DNA of 64,000 bases from Escherichia phage JLBYU50, in the sequence record OK272470.1, one strand, 5' to 3'. The notes under the pieces are model-generated. The model was not told the DNA's origin and made no database searches. It saw only the letters and a list, made by a program, of their open reading frames with translations. Positions within the stretch are counted from its first letter, which is position 1; the number at the start of each line of letters is the position of its first letter. Positions 28,431 to 38,369 of this stretch are shown here, piece after piece. The translations under genes were made by a program, and so were the position numbers.

Positions 28431-28679
28431 CTAGTTCAGTTCTGTAATTTTAAGTTTATCTTCTTTGTTAATGATAGGGAAAGCTACAGCATCACCTACG
28501 TCATCAATAAAGCAAATAGCAAGGCCACCTTCCACTTTGCTAATCTGACCATTAAAGGCGTGATACGGGGCAGGAACTTGATCTCCATCTTCAAGGAGAA
28601 TAGCCTCGTAAACCTTGCCGATAGTACAATCACGAGTGTTTCTAAATTTTTCAAGCACTTCAACATTTACTTTACGCAT
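28431..28679 (-). CDS. Hypothetical protein
   Basis: Start set to internal ATG (MRKVNVEV...) to avoid overlapping the upstream gene stop. Confidence 0.35.
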   Translation of the reverse strand: MRKVNVEVLEKFRNTRDCTIGKVYEAILLEDGDQVPAPYHAFNGQISKVEGGLAICFIDDVGDAVAFPIINKEDKLKITELN

Positions 28680-28692
28680 ATAAAATCCTCTC

Positions 28693-28899
28693 TTATTTGT
28701 TAGATTGAAAGATACCACGGAGTACCGCAAGAATGAACGTCACACAGACTACACTCCAAAACGTTACAGGAACATGATGCCAGTCTAAGCCGATAATGTC
28801 AATCATATAATTGTATGCTAAAAGCAGTAGCCAACTAGGGATTAACACAATCAAGAACACAACAATAAAACAACCTAATACTGCTAAAACACCTGCCAT
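28693..28899 (-). CDS. Small membrane protein (two predicted TM helices)
   Basis: 68 aa with two hydrophobic segments; holin-like topology cannot be excluded. Confidence 0.4.
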   Translation of the reverse strand: MAGVLAVLGCFIVVFLIVLIPSWLLLLAYNYMIDIIGLDWHHVPVTFWSVVCVTFILAVLRGIFQSNK

Positions 28900-28908
28900 A
28901 CTTTCTCC

Positions 28909-29286
28909 TTATTTCAGTTTGTAAACAATTACATTTAAACCTTTGTTTACTAGAGTTTCTTCGATCATAAGTTTTACAATATTCCAAGAACCTCCAGCCA
29001 AACCACAACCAAGCATTGGTAAACCTACAATTTTACCGCCTGAAGATACAACATCGTCTCCCATACTATCTAGCGCATTGTAGATAGCTTCATAATTCAG
29101 GTCACGCTTACCTTCCTCACGACGACTATAACCATATTGTCCATATAAATTATAAATTGTCAAATTGTTTTCTGTATATTTGGTAAACGTACCTAATTTT
29201 TTATAATCACCACGTTTAGTGGCACAATCTGCTTTAAACGCACCAGGCCACTTGCTTTTAATTTTTGGTGCAATACCACTACCCAT
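28909..29286 (-). CDS. Hypothetical protein with weak macro-domain-like Gly-rich motifs
   Basis: 125 aa. MGSGIAPKI and GCGLAGGSW loosely resemble the phosphate-binding loops of macro (ADP-ribose-binding) domains. Shorter than a canonical macro domain; tentative. Confidence 0.3.
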   Translation of the reverse strand: MGSGIAPKIKSKWPGAFKADCATKRGDYKKLGTFTKYTENNLTIYNLYGQYGYSRREEGKRDLNYEAIYNALDSMGDDVVSSGGKIVGLPMLGCGLAGGSWNIVKLMIEETLVNKGLNVIVYKLK

Positions 29287-30232
29287 AGTGCAAAAACAGT
29301 TGAAGATGCTCTTCTCCTGACTTATGGTCTACAGCTACAACATAACGATTACCGCTAAACAAACCTTGTGCTGTCATACCGTCAATATCGGTATCTGCCG
29401 AAACATCTCCTGTACGATCTACACCGTTAACTTTCAGGAGTTTAACTTCTTTTGCAGCATAGCGGTGTTCAGTAATACTGATACCCATTAATGCAAGTGC
29501 ATCAGAGAATTTGTCATTAGGGTAACGGTTAAGTTCTTCTACTAGTGACTGAACAATATCAAAGTTCAAGTCCACGGAAAGATTATAAAGCGTTTCAAAA
29601 TCTGGTAAAAAGGCTTTGTTCTCCAGATTTTTAGCCAGATAGTCATCCATAGTAGCTTTAGGTAGTTTCTTATAGCTAAAGCTGTAGAAAATACGGCTAG
29701 GACGATTACGCAAAAATTCTGATACATAACCATCATTTTTAGTCAATACAAACAGCTTGTCATAGCCACCAACACCATCCAGCAGGGTAAGCAAACCATC
29801 CTGTGCATCTTTTTCAGCATACAGTTTATCAAATTCATCGATCATAATCATCACAGGTTGTGTGATTTTAGACATAAAATTGATAAAGCCTTCACCATTA
29901 AAAGCACTACCGATAGAAATAGTAGGAATACCCATTTCACGAAGAGCAGAAGATAGCATTTTAGCTTGCAAAGTTTTACCGCTACCCTTCGTACCCTCAA
30001 GGAGAACACCTGTGTTTTTACCTTTGCGGCTAAGGAACGTCTTGATAATACGTTCTGATTTATCATCAGTATCACCGTATGTTACTGAAGGGACTTCCAT
30101 ATCGTTTTTAGGATACAGGAAGAACTCACCACTTTGAGTAACACCTACACCAAAAGTTCCTGCTGGAATTTCTTCAATATCTGTACCAGACTTCTGACGC
30201 AGGAAGATTTGATTGCCGAATACTGTAAACAT
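29279..30232 (-). CDS. AAA-family ATPase (paralog A)
   Basis: 317 aa. Walker A GTKGSGKT, Walker B MIMIDEFDK, classical-AAA second region LLTLLDG and NRPSR. About 45% identical by eye to 44210-45337. Confidence 0.7.
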   Translation of the reverse strand: MFTVFGNQIFLRQKSGTDIEEIPAGTFGVGVTQSGEFFLYPKNDMEVPSVTYGDTDDKSERIIKTFLSRKGKNTGVLLEGTKGSGKTLQAKMLSSALREMGIPTISIGSAFNGEGFINFMSKITQPVMIMIDEFDKLYAEKDAQDGLLTLLDGVGGYDKLFVLTKNDGYVSEFLRNRPSRIFYSFSYKKLPKATMDDYLAKNLENKAFLPDFETLYNLSVDLNFDIVQSLVEELNRYPNDKFSDALALMGISITEHRYAAKEVKLLKVNGVDRTGDVSADTDIDGMTAQGLFSGNRYVVAVDHKSGEEHLQLFLHYG

Positions 30233-30252
30233 AGTTTTCTCCTCTATTTAAT

Positions 30253-30723
30253 TTAGTCAGATTCCCAAATGTTGTCTTTCTTAACCCACATTCGTTGATT
30301 ATCTGAACCTCTATAACGTTTCGTTGTTGGTTGATTCATATCATACTTACCATCTATCACTATGTCAACCAGTTTTTTAATTTTTTCTGGAATTTCTTCA
30401 AAAAGATATCCTGTATATAAGACAATATCTTTTTTGTTTCCAAAACAATCTCTTACCTTTTCAAGAACATACTCTACAGTATCAATGTTCTCTTTGTCAA
30501 GAGGTTCACCACCTAAAACTGTTAATCCTTTAATGAAAGGTCGAGATAAATCTTTCAAGATAAGATCTAATGTTTCAGTAGTGAACTCTTGTCCGTAGTT
30601 ATACGACCAGGCTTTCTGGTTAAAGCAGCCACGGCAACCGTGGCTACAACCGCTCACCCACAAAGAGCATCTTACACCGTCACCGTTGAGCATGTCAACA
30701 GGTTCATATCCGGCGTAATTCAA
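30253..30723 (-). CDS. nrdG: Anaerobic ribonucleotide reductase activating protein (radical SAM)
   Basis: 156 aa. Radical-SAM CxxxCxxC cluster (CSHGCRGC). Directly downstream of the NrdD-like gene with a 4-nt overlap. Confidence 0.85.
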   Translation of the reverse strand: MNYAGYEPVDMLNGDGVRCSLWVSGCSHGCRGCFNQKAWSYNYGQEFTTETLDLILKDLSRPFIKGLTVLGGEPLDKENIDTVEYVLEKVRDCFGNKKDIVLYTGYLFEEIPEKIKKLVDIVIDGKYDMNQPTTKRYRGSDNQRMWVKKDNIWESD

Positions 30724-32519
30724 AAATGTTTCTCCCTTTCTAATACTTCTTGCATTTTACCTTTATTATAAGGGCGAGAGTTAGGGGCAGAAAGGTATCC
30801 TGACACTCTTCTGATCACAGATATGGATTCTTCTTCATGATTACCGCAACTTGGACACTCGAAGCCTTTAGCCGTTGCTTTAAATTCACCATGAAAACCA
30901 CATTTGAAACACTGATCTACAGGTTGGTTCACGCCAAAATAAGGAATTTTATTGTAGGCATAATCTACAAGAGTTTCCAGTGCTTGCAAGTTATTTTTAA
31001 GGTTTGGTGTTTCTACATAACCTATGTTCCCACCATTACTAATTTGTGCAAAACCTTCCTCATAATCCCACTTTTGGAACGGGGTAGTGTGCATCCACAC
31101 AGGTTGATGGAAAGAGTTTGTCAAGTAGTCACGATCAATAGAACCAGGATAGCGATCATTTAATGCTTTGGCAAATTTATAGCACAAGGATTCTGCTGGT
31201 GTTCCATACAAACTAAAAGCTAAACCAGAACGTTCTTTAAATGTGCCACAGATATCCTTCATATATTGAAGGATGTTTTTACCCATTGCTTTTGGATTGG
31301 TGTTACCTGGGTATAAAATCTCCATAGCTTCTGCTAAACCTACGTAACCGATACTAATAGAGGCATAACCACCTTCGAATAGTTTACCAATCTCTTCATT
31401 AGCTTCTAGTCGAGCTAAAGCCCCTTCCATAAACAATGTAGGGTTTTGAGATGCTTTGGTATGTCTAATACGGTTAACACGTAGCATATGTGCCTTATAC
31501 GCCATCTCCATATGTTGTTCCAACAGTTCAGTAAATAAGATGCCCTTTTCACGGGACTCTGCTGCAATGATAGGTAAGTTTAAAGAAACTACGCCTAAGT
31601 TGAAACGACCATCATATTTTTCACCTTGCTCTGTTGCATAGTATGACAAGAAGCTACGGCAACCCATGCTTGTGACGCGACCATCTGAAGATCCTGTAAC
31701 CTCTTTGTTTAAAGGTACAGAGATAAAATCAGGATAAATGCGTTCAGCACAACACTCCATTGCCAGTTGCTTCAAATCATAGTTTGGATCGCCAGCTTTC
31801 ATGTTAACACCATCTTCCAAGAAGAAGATAACTTTAGGAAACACAGGAGTTACTCTATCTTTTCCCAACCCTTGTTTGTGCACCATTAGGTAGTTTTTAG
31901 TGATCATTCTACCAAAAGCAGAGGTATCCAAGCCTAAACTAATTGTTATAAAAGGTGACTGACCATTTACACTCATTAGAGTGTTCACCTGGTAGATTAA
32001 AGTTTGCATTGCATCATAGACCTGTTTATCTACCATACGCATAGCAATATCATAATCACCAACATCAGCATATATTTTATTAAAACTTGCTTTAACGTAT
32101 TGACTAAGCCCAGTATCAACATGTGCACAAGTTTGTCCACCATATTGGCTAGAAGCTACTGCTTGAATAATTTGAGTTAGGACAGTAGTCGCTACACCGA
32201 TAGATTTTGGTTTTTCAATATGTGCATTACCAATACGGAAACCGTTCTCAAGCATATCTTGGTAATTTACCAGGCAACAATTAGTTAAAGGTGAGAGTAA
32301 ATAATCTAAATCGTGGATGTGACCATACCCACTTTTATGCCATTCTGCTAAATCTTCAGGTAAAATATGGGTCATTGCCATGTGCTTGCTTAGGATACCT
32401 GCTAGTAAATCTCGGTGAGTATTAACAATCATTGCAGGTTTGTTTGCATTTTCACGAGTAAATTCTTCGGATGTTTGTTCGAGGAATCCGATTACATCCT
32501 CATATAGTTTTTGGGTCAT
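30720..32519 (-). CDS. nrdD: Anaerobic ribonucleoside-triphosphate reductase (class III RNR)
   Basis: 599 aa. C-terminal Zn-ribbon (CFKC...CPSC) followed by the glycyl-radical motif RRVSGY. Confidence 0.9.
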   Translation of the reverse strand: MTQKLYEDVIGFLEQTSEEFTRENANKPAMIVNTHRDLLAGILSKHMAMTHILPEDLAEWHKSGYGHIHDLDYLLSPLTNCCLVNYQDMLENGFRIGNAHIEKPKSIGVATTVLTQIIQAVASSQYGGQTCAHVDTGLSQYVKASFNKIYADVGDYDIAMRMVDKQVYDAMQTLIYQVNTLMSVNGQSPFITISLGLDTSAFGRMITKNYLMVHKQGLGKDRVTPVFPKVIFFLEDGVNMKAGDPNYDLKQLAMECCAERIYPDFISVPLNKEVTGSSDGRVTSMGCRSFLSYYATEQGEKYDGRFNLGVVSLNLPIIAAESREKGILFTELLEQHMEMAYKAHMLRVNRIRHTKASQNPTLFMEGALARLEANEEIGKLFEGGYASISIGYVGLAEAMEILYPGNTNPKAMGKNILQYMKDICGTFKERSGLAFSLYGTPAESLCYKFAKALNDRYPGSIDRDYLTNSFHQPVWMHTTPFQKWDYEEGFAQISNGGNIGYVETPNLKNNLQALETLVDYAYNKIPYFGVNQPVDQCFKCGFHGEFKATAKGFECPSCGNHEEESISVIRRVSGYLSAPNSRPYNKGKMQEVLEREKHF

Positions 32520-32608
32520 TAATCCTCCGTGGAAAATAAAAGCCAGCTTAATGCTGGCTTTAGGGTGGATCTTTATTTTAAATCTTTTTCGTAAGATTGT
32601 CCTTGATC

Positions 32609-33559
32609 TTAGTCAAGGTTTTTGGTAATACGTGTACAACCGTCAGAAGTCAAACCGTCAACTTGAGTTTCCCAAGTACCATGAATATTTCGGAACAATG
32701 TTGTTACACCTTTTGGTTCATTAATAATGATTGCCATAACAAGTTTAGGATCGATAACAGACATAATCTTTTCCTCAATACCCTCTGTAATAACATTATT
32801 GCGCACAATATTAATTGCATCTTCTTGTACAGTAAGAGCACTTACGTTCTTAAGAGTATATACCTGCTGCGTAGTGTAAATGATACGAACATAGCTTACA
32901 GAACGAGTAGGCACAGGTTTACGCGGTCGGCGAAAACGTGGTTTTGGTGAAGATTCAGTCTTACTTTCATTTTTTGAATAATACTCCTCAAACAGTTTAG
33001 TAAATGTTTTTACATCAACTACAAATCGATCTTTCCTATATGGAGAATTCTTATGTGCACCATTAATACCACTGTTTTCATCGAAGAAAGTAATGTTTTC
33101 TTCAGTTGAATACATTAGATAATGATCTGCATTTTTCCAATGTGGTTGTGGACAATGAGGATTACAAACGGAAAGCAAGTAATTAATATTTTCTTCCGTG
33201 GCCTCAGTATCCAGGAAACACGTATTATGCACAGTCAGTTGTACTTTTTCAGCCATATCTTTTTCTTTATCCTCTTTAGCAAGATATTCAGTACGAATAA
33301 TCTCCAGAAAACCTTCAGGTGTTACTTCCATAAATTTATATTCAGGATGAAGCTCCATATATTCAAATCCACAACCATCTAATTGCTGTAGAAAGTTAGG
33401 GTAGAAGAACAAGTCATTAACACTATGAATCAGATCATTGATTTCTGCTTCAGATGTGTAACCAAAACTTTTGTGAATTGCTTCGTTAAGAATATGCAGG
33501 ATACCCATCTCTTCTGCTGCTTTTTTAACTTCCAGTTTATTAGCGTAAAATGCAATCAT
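32609..33559 (-). CDS. Hypothetical protein
   Basis: 316 aa ORF. No motif recognised. Confidence 0.45.
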   Translation of the reverse strand: MIAFYANKLEVKKAAEEMGILHILNEAIHKSFGYTSEAEINDLIHSVNDLFFYPNFLQQLDGCGFEYMELHPEYKFMEVTPEGFLEIIRTEYLAKEDKEKDMAEKVQLTVHNTCFLDTEATEENINYLLSVCNPHCPQPHWKNADHYLMYSTEENITFFDENSGINGAHKNSPYRKDRFVVDVKTFTKLFEEYYSKNESKTESSPKPRFRRPRKPVPTRSVSYVRIIYTTQQVYTLKNVSALTVQEDAINIVRNNVITEGIEEKIMSVIDPKLVMAIIINEPKGVTTLFRNIHGTWETQVDGLTSDGCTRITKNLD

Positions 33560-33576
33560 TATGTTCTCCTTCTAAA

Positions 33577-34011
33577 TTAGTTTAAAATTTCTTTTGCAAT
33601 GGTAGAAGCAAGTTTTCCATCATATTGATTCGGATACTCTGCTTTAAGGTGTTTCATCATATCTGGCATTTTCTTGCCTGTCAAGGCAAATTCTTCAGCA
33701 ATAGCTCGAAGATCATCTTCAGATAGCATTTCTGGCAAATATTTTTCCAGAGTGGTGATATCACGCATAGCTCGCTCACATTTGCTAATGGAGGCATTAA
33801 CTTTCTTAAGCGAGTCTAGTTCCTCTTTAGCGTGTGCAATACCAATCTTAACAATGTTAATCATAATATCGTCTTCTGATTTATTCAGATTTACCTTTTG
33901 AGTACGAGCAAGGTCAAACTCACCAATAATATTAGTTAACAAAGCAAAAGCACCCTTATCGGTTGTACGTGCTAAGATACGATCTGCTTTCATTTGTGTC
34001 ACAATAGACAT
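33577..34011 (-). CDS. GatB/YqeY-domain protein
   Basis: 144 aa. C-terminal LEKYLPEMLSEDDLRAIAEEFA...GKLASTIAKEILN matches the YqeY pattern (EEYLP..LSE.E...V..A... G.....K). Confidence 0.55.
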   Translation of the reverse strand: MSIVTQMKADRILARTTDKGAFALLTNIIGEFDLARTQKVNLNKSEDDIMINIVKIGIAHAKEELDSLKKVNASISKCERAMRDITTLEKYLPEMLSEDDLRAIAEEFALTGKKMPDMMKHLKAEYPNQYDGKLASTIAKEILN

Positions 34012-34023
34012 TCTATTCTCCTC

Positions 34024-34596
34024 TTATTCGCTAATGCTTTGAATCTTATTTACAACACGGTTTATTGCCAGTGAAGCCCTAGGCTCCGCAATACCTGTTG
34101 CATAGATATAAGGATGACCTTTTGGAGACTCCCTCATACCGAATGAACCTAATTCTAAACCATATTCATCCTCTACGTCAACCCCCATATTAGTGGGTAC
34201 TAAATATGTTTTAACTCCATAATAAGTAGAGAAGAAACAGCGCATAGCGTTAGCATACTCTTCAATTGTAGCATCAGGGTAGAACTCAATCAACTCCAAT
34301 TTCAAGAAAATATTAAAATGAGTATCATCTAAATTTTCTTCTGTGCGGTAACATGGTGTTAGTGCCATATACGGATTACCTACTGCAAATTCAAAACCAT
34401 CCTTCTCCATTTGCAGGAAAGATTGTTCTGCACTAGCTACATAGTATTTACCGTTAGGATGCCCTAATGGGCGATCCTCTTTATTTTCTGGTAGTGTATA
34501 CGCCAGTATATCAGCATCCACGAGATATGGAACTTCTAACATTTGTGCAAATCGACCATAGTAATCAATAGCTTGAGCTATTACTGCAACATTCAT
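34024..34596 (-). CDS. Hypothetical protein
   Basis: 190 aa. Operonic with the YqeY-like gene. No motif recognised. Confidence 0.45.
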   Translation of the reverse strand: MNVAVIAQAIDYYGRFAQMLEVPYLVDADILAYTLPENKEDRPLGHPNGKYYVASAEQSFLQMEKDGFEFAVGNPYMALTPCYRTEENLDDTHFNIFLKLELIEFYPDATIEEYANAMRCFFSTYYGVKTYLVPTNMGVDVEDEYGLELGSFGMRESPKGHPYIYATGIAEPRASLAINRVVNKIQSISE

Positions 34597-34844
34597 GATC
34601 GACCTCCATTGCGGAATGCACGTTTAGTAATGTTTGACATAGTGATCAAATCTTGAAGCGTCATACCAGGAAAATGCTGTTCAAGAACACCTTCAACAGC
34701 GCCTACAATATCTGACAACTCAATAAGTTGCATCAGCTTGCAATCTTGATCAATAGCATCTTGAAGTTCATAAAGCTCTTCTTGAATCTTAGCAACAGAA
34801 CCATACTCCTCTTTGCTAATCTCCTTCAAATGATACCCTGCCAC
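34593..34844 (-). CDS. Putative MazG-like all-alpha NTP pyrophosphohydrolase
   Basis: 83 aa. EE/acidic helix pattern (IQEELYELQDAIDQD...LIELSDIVGAV) resembles the MazG/HisE-type metal-binding helices. Tentative. Confidence 0.4.
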   Translation of the reverse strand: MAGYHLKEISKEEYGSVAKIQEELYELQDAIDQDCKLMQLIELSDIVGAVEGVLEQHFPGMTLQDLITMSNITKRAFRNGGRS

Positions 34845-34854
34845 TTTAACCCCC

Positions 34855-36591
34855 TTAGTTTACCAGTTTATTTATGTCTGGTAAAAGATTTATTTCACCT
34901 AAGAAATCACCTTCACCTTCCTCTAGCCAACTCTCATATGCTTGTGCATGATTATAGTTACCATCAAAAGAATCTGCAACAAATTTTTCTACAGTTTTTC
35001 GAGATGTGCCAGCGCCAAATACACCAAGTTTAATACCATTGATCGGTAAAGTGGTGCTTGTTGGTACTTTCTCTGTTGCAACACGGTTGATATCTATAAT
35101 CTCCTGTACGGTTGTGTTCCATTGTAAGCATTTAACACAACGGGTATGCGCTACATACAGTAGGTTTCGCTCTGCCTCTTCCAGTCCTACCCATTCACCA
35201 GTCTTTTTATCATAGTTGGAAGGAAAATCATTAGCAACAATAACCTGATCCCACTCCAAACCTTTAGACTTGTGTGCTGTAGTCAGTGTGACTTTTGCTG
35301 TAGGAGAATTTCTATGCGTTCTAAGTGTATGTGCTATGGTGTTCGCCTTACCAGAAACTACGATGTTTAACAAGCGTTTAGCATCTGGATCAGCCTCTGC
35401 ACACTCAACAAATTCATCCCAGTCTGCGTAAGGTAATACAGTTTCATGTTTTACTTTCTCAATATCTCCTCTACGAAGAGCATTAACACTATCTACCATA
35501 GAGATAAAATCCCTGGTATCTACGTTAATAATAATTTCTTCCCCATCTGCAATACGATCCATTGCCTCCATAAGCAAGGTTAAATTCTTGCGAAAGATGA
35601 TAGTGTAAGGTTTTGTATAGTCTACAACATCTGATTTGTAGCTACCTACTACAGTATCAAAGCCTTTACCAACCAAAGGATGACGCAAAGGTTCTTTATC
35701 GCTTAAAATCATATTGGCAATGTTTGCCACTTTGGGGCCAAAACGGAAGCAAGCAGTTAATGGAAGCTCTGCCCCATATGTAGATGTTTCCTTCATCATA
35801 TTTTGGCTTCCACGGAACTGGTAGATGCTCTGATATTCGTCACCCACCACTACTACTTGTTTTGCAGATTTAGCATTTCGCAGAATAGACAAGAATGCAG
35901 GGTTAACATCCTGGAATTCATCACCAAAAATAATATCATAACCAAGATCAGCACCAGACAATTCAAACAATTTTACATAGGTGTCATGCGTCATCAAAGT
36001 ATCTGTGTTAGGATCGATGCGCTCTCGCCACAATTGTTTTGCATACTTAACTACTTCTGTAATTAGTTTGTGTTCGTTAATACCTTTTCTTTTAATATCT
36101 GCAAGATGTACACCAGGAAAATGTTTACGGCTAATAAAAGGATCATCCGAAAATTCAAACTTACCTACGGTTTGCTTGATCATTAAACCAATCATAGCAC
36201 GAGTTAAAAGTGTTTTCCCTCGTTTATCAATAAGATTATTAATCTTAAATTTCTTTGCTATCTCGCTACCTGTACCTGCAACGTTAACATACTGTCCTTC
36301 TGGTCGTGACAGTTTTGCACGTAAACGATGATCCAGGAATTGATAGCAAATAGAATGCAATGTACGGCATTCTACATTTAGTGGCATCTTACGTCGTGCT
36401 TCTTCTGCCATGCTTTTATTGAAAGCTAAGTAAAGAATGCGATCTTCTGTACTGTTAGCCAGCAAATAAAGTGTTGACGTTTTGCCTGATCCAGATTTAG
36501 CTTGGATAGTTAAAAAACGATGGTCTGGAAAAGCCTCCTTAATAGCTGTTTGCTCTTCTGTTGGAGTAAAACTCAACTCTTTCTTAGCCAT
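34855..36591 (-). CDS. UvrD/PcrA-like superfamily-1 DNA helicase
   Basis: Start at MAKKELSF after RBS GAGG. Walker A AKSGSGKT, motif II GDEFQD, motif III VVVGDEYQSIYQFRG. Confidence 0.85.
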   Translation of the reverse strand: MAKKELSFTPTEEQTAIKEAFPDHRFLTIQAKSGSGKTSTLYLLANSTEDRILYLAFNKSMAEEARRKMPLNVECRTLHSICYQFLDHRLRAKLSRPEGQYVNVAGTGSEIAKKFKINNLIDKRGKTLLTRAMIGLMIKQTVGKFEFSDDPFISRKHFPGVHLADIKRKGINEHKLITEVVKYAKQLWRERIDPNTDTLMTHDTYVKLFELSGADLGYDIIFGDEFQDVNPAFLSILRNAKSAKQVVVVGDEYQSIYQFRGSQNMMKETSTYGAELPLTACFRFGPKVANIANMILSDKEPLRHPLVGKGFDTVVGSYKSDVVDYTKPYTIIFRKNLTLLMEAMDRIADGEEIIINVDTRDFISMVDSVNALRRGDIEKVKHETVLPYADWDEFVECAEADPDAKRLLNIVVSGKANTIAHTLRTHRNSPTAKVTLTTAHKSKGLEWDQVIVANDFPSNYDKKTGEWVGLEEAERNLLYVAHTRCVKCLQWNTTVQEIIDINRVATEKVPTSTTLPINGIKLGVFGAGTSRKTVEKFVADSFDGNYNHAQAYESWLEEGEGDFLGEINLLPDINKLVN

Positions 36592-36592
36592 T

Positions 36593-37069
36593 TCAACCTC
36601 TCTTAATTTGTTTAACAAGCATAGGAACAAAATCTCGTTTTAAAATTTGTTCAATAATATGATCAGGTAGCTGTTGGAAATTATAATTAAAAGCTACTGT
36701 CTCACCTTTAGGTGTTTCTACCCGCACATATAACATGTTACGAAGTTTATCCACTTGTGCTGTGTATTCTAAACCATGTAATTGATGTAATGCAAACATC
36801 AAATCATCAGTTTCAGTTTGGAATCTATCCCTTCCCTGCATCAAGGACAAGGAAAAAGGTAGATTTTCCCTAAGAGCCACCTTCTTAGGCACTAGTGAAG
36901 GGAAATACTCCCCAATAACTTCCTGTGTAAGCTGAATACACTCTTTTTCAAGCTGGTTTTGTTCCTTGAGTTCACAAACACTCTTTTGTAAAGTATTAAC
37001 CTCTTTTTGCAAAGCTGCTAGTTGAGCACTTAACTTTCTTTTTTGATTACGACCAAAACGTTTAGACAT
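36593..37069 (-). CDS. Hypothetical protein
   Basis: 158 aa. Basic N-terminus and coiled-coil. Confidence 0.45.
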   Translation of the reverse strand: MSKRFGRNQKRKLSAQLAALQKEVNTLQKSVCELKEQNQLEKECIQLTQEVIGEYFPSLVPKKVALRENLPFSLSLMQGRDRFQTETDDLMFALHQLHGLEYTAQVDKLRNMLYVRVETPKGETVAFNYNFQQLPDHIIEQILKRDFVPMLVKQIKRG

Positions 37070-37183
37070 ATTTCCCCCTAGTAAAACCCCTTAACAATTT
37101 GTATTAACTCGGCACAACGGTTGACCAACTTTTCCTCACACAGTACACGTTGTGGCATATGTTGTATAATATACTCCATTTGC

Positions 37184-37594
37184 TCATGCCATGTCCACTT
37201 TTCTTTTTTTGTCCGGGATAACATCACTAGCACGAGAATTATCTTTTAATGTTTGTATAATCCAATTGCTTGGAAAGTGCTCTCCACCTTTCTTAAATGG
37301 TTTATAGTGGCCTAGAGTGAATTGAGAATCCCCTGTTAGAGCACCCAATTTATTTAGATGGATAATCAAACTACGAAACACATAGTATTCATAGATGTTA
37401 TCCACCGTATAGCAAGCATAATATTTCAAGATGCCCTTATCTCGCGGATACTTACCAACATCCAGATTGCACCAGTTGACATTTTCTGGATCATAGTGGT
37501 GTTCCTTAAGCCATATTTCTCTTTCATCAAAGTCTGGATATATTACCGCTCTGCTTACAGAGTCAACAAGTGGAGATTGAGCATCAAAAAACAT
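37184..37594 (-). CDS. Hypothetical protein
   Basis: 136 aa ORF. Confidence 0.45.
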   Translation of the reverse strand: MFFDAQSPLVDSVSRAVIYPDFDEREIWLKEHHYDPENVNWCNLDVGKYPRDKGILKYYACYTVDNIYEYYVFRSLIIHLNKLGALTGDSQFTLGHYKPFKKGGEHFPSNWIIQTLKDNSRASDVIPDKKRKVDMA

Positions 37595-37615
37595 TATATT
37601 TTCCTTATTGGTTTG

Positions 37616-37981
37616 TTAAACGTTTTCTAAATCTTTTAAGGCATTACCCAACGTTAGAACAATAACATCGTTTGCTGCCTCTTCCCCATTGATATTGGTG
37701 AAATTTGGTGTTACAAAAGTAACCATATAAAACTCGTCCACCTGGAAGATAGCAATAACACCATCCATCTTAACATCTTGACGAAAGGAAAAACCAATCA
37801 TCTTCTCTTGCAAAGGCATATCCCCTTCCTTCATTACCGCTAGGGAGTTTTCAGGAATGTTATATTTATCTGCTCCAATGTAGATGTACGTAATGTTATC
37901 TTTATCGTGATGATACAGGGTTGCTTTTTCCATATCTAAACCTGACAGATCAAATACGTTAATTTCTTGTGTAGTCTTCAT
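37616..37981 (-). CDS. Hypothetical protein
   Basis: Start set at internal ATG (MKTTQEINVF) after RBS GGAGG. Confidence 0.4.
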   Translation of the reverse strand: MKTTQEINVFDLSGLDMEKATLYHHDKDNITYIYIGADKYNIPENSLAVMKEGDMPLQEKMIGFSFRQDVKMDGVIAIFQVDEFYMVTFVTPNFTNINGEEAANDVIVLTLGNALKDLENV

Positions 37982-38369
37982 AAATATCCTCCCAAATCCA
38001 ATAATCATCTGTGTAAGTAGGATGCCTTTTATCCCACTCTGTTCTAGCCCAAGCAACCGCTGCTACCAACACATCACCATGACAAGGTTGAGGTGAGCAG
38101 AAGCAAACTAAGTCTTTCCCTTCTAATTCTAACAAATCCTCAAGAGTGATTTTACCACAACGAATTTGTTCCCACAACCACTCTTTATATCTTTGTATAG
38201 TTGACCCTCGTGGTTCATCATCCTTTAACTTAAAAGGATTTGCAAACTTTGAGGCTTTTAACCCCATATGAGGCATAGCTCTGCCAATGTAAACTGCACC
38301 TTCAGGTATTACTTTACCTAAGTGGTAGAAATTCAATACTCTCATATTAACCCAAACACATTTGTGCAA
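37959..38369 (-). CDS. DUF4326-like protein
   Basis: 136 aa. Motif YIGRAMPHMGLKASKFANPF resembles the DUF4326 signature (YIGR...S.WGNPF). Start may be the internal Met at 38345. Confidence 0.45.
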   Translation of the reverse strand: MHKCVWVNMRVLNFYHLGKVIPEGAVYIGRAMPHMGLKASKFANPFKLKDDEPRGSTIQRYKEWLWEQIRCGKITLEDLLELEGKDLVCFCSPQPCHGDVLVAAVAWARTEWDKRHPTYTDDYWIWEDIYEDYTRN

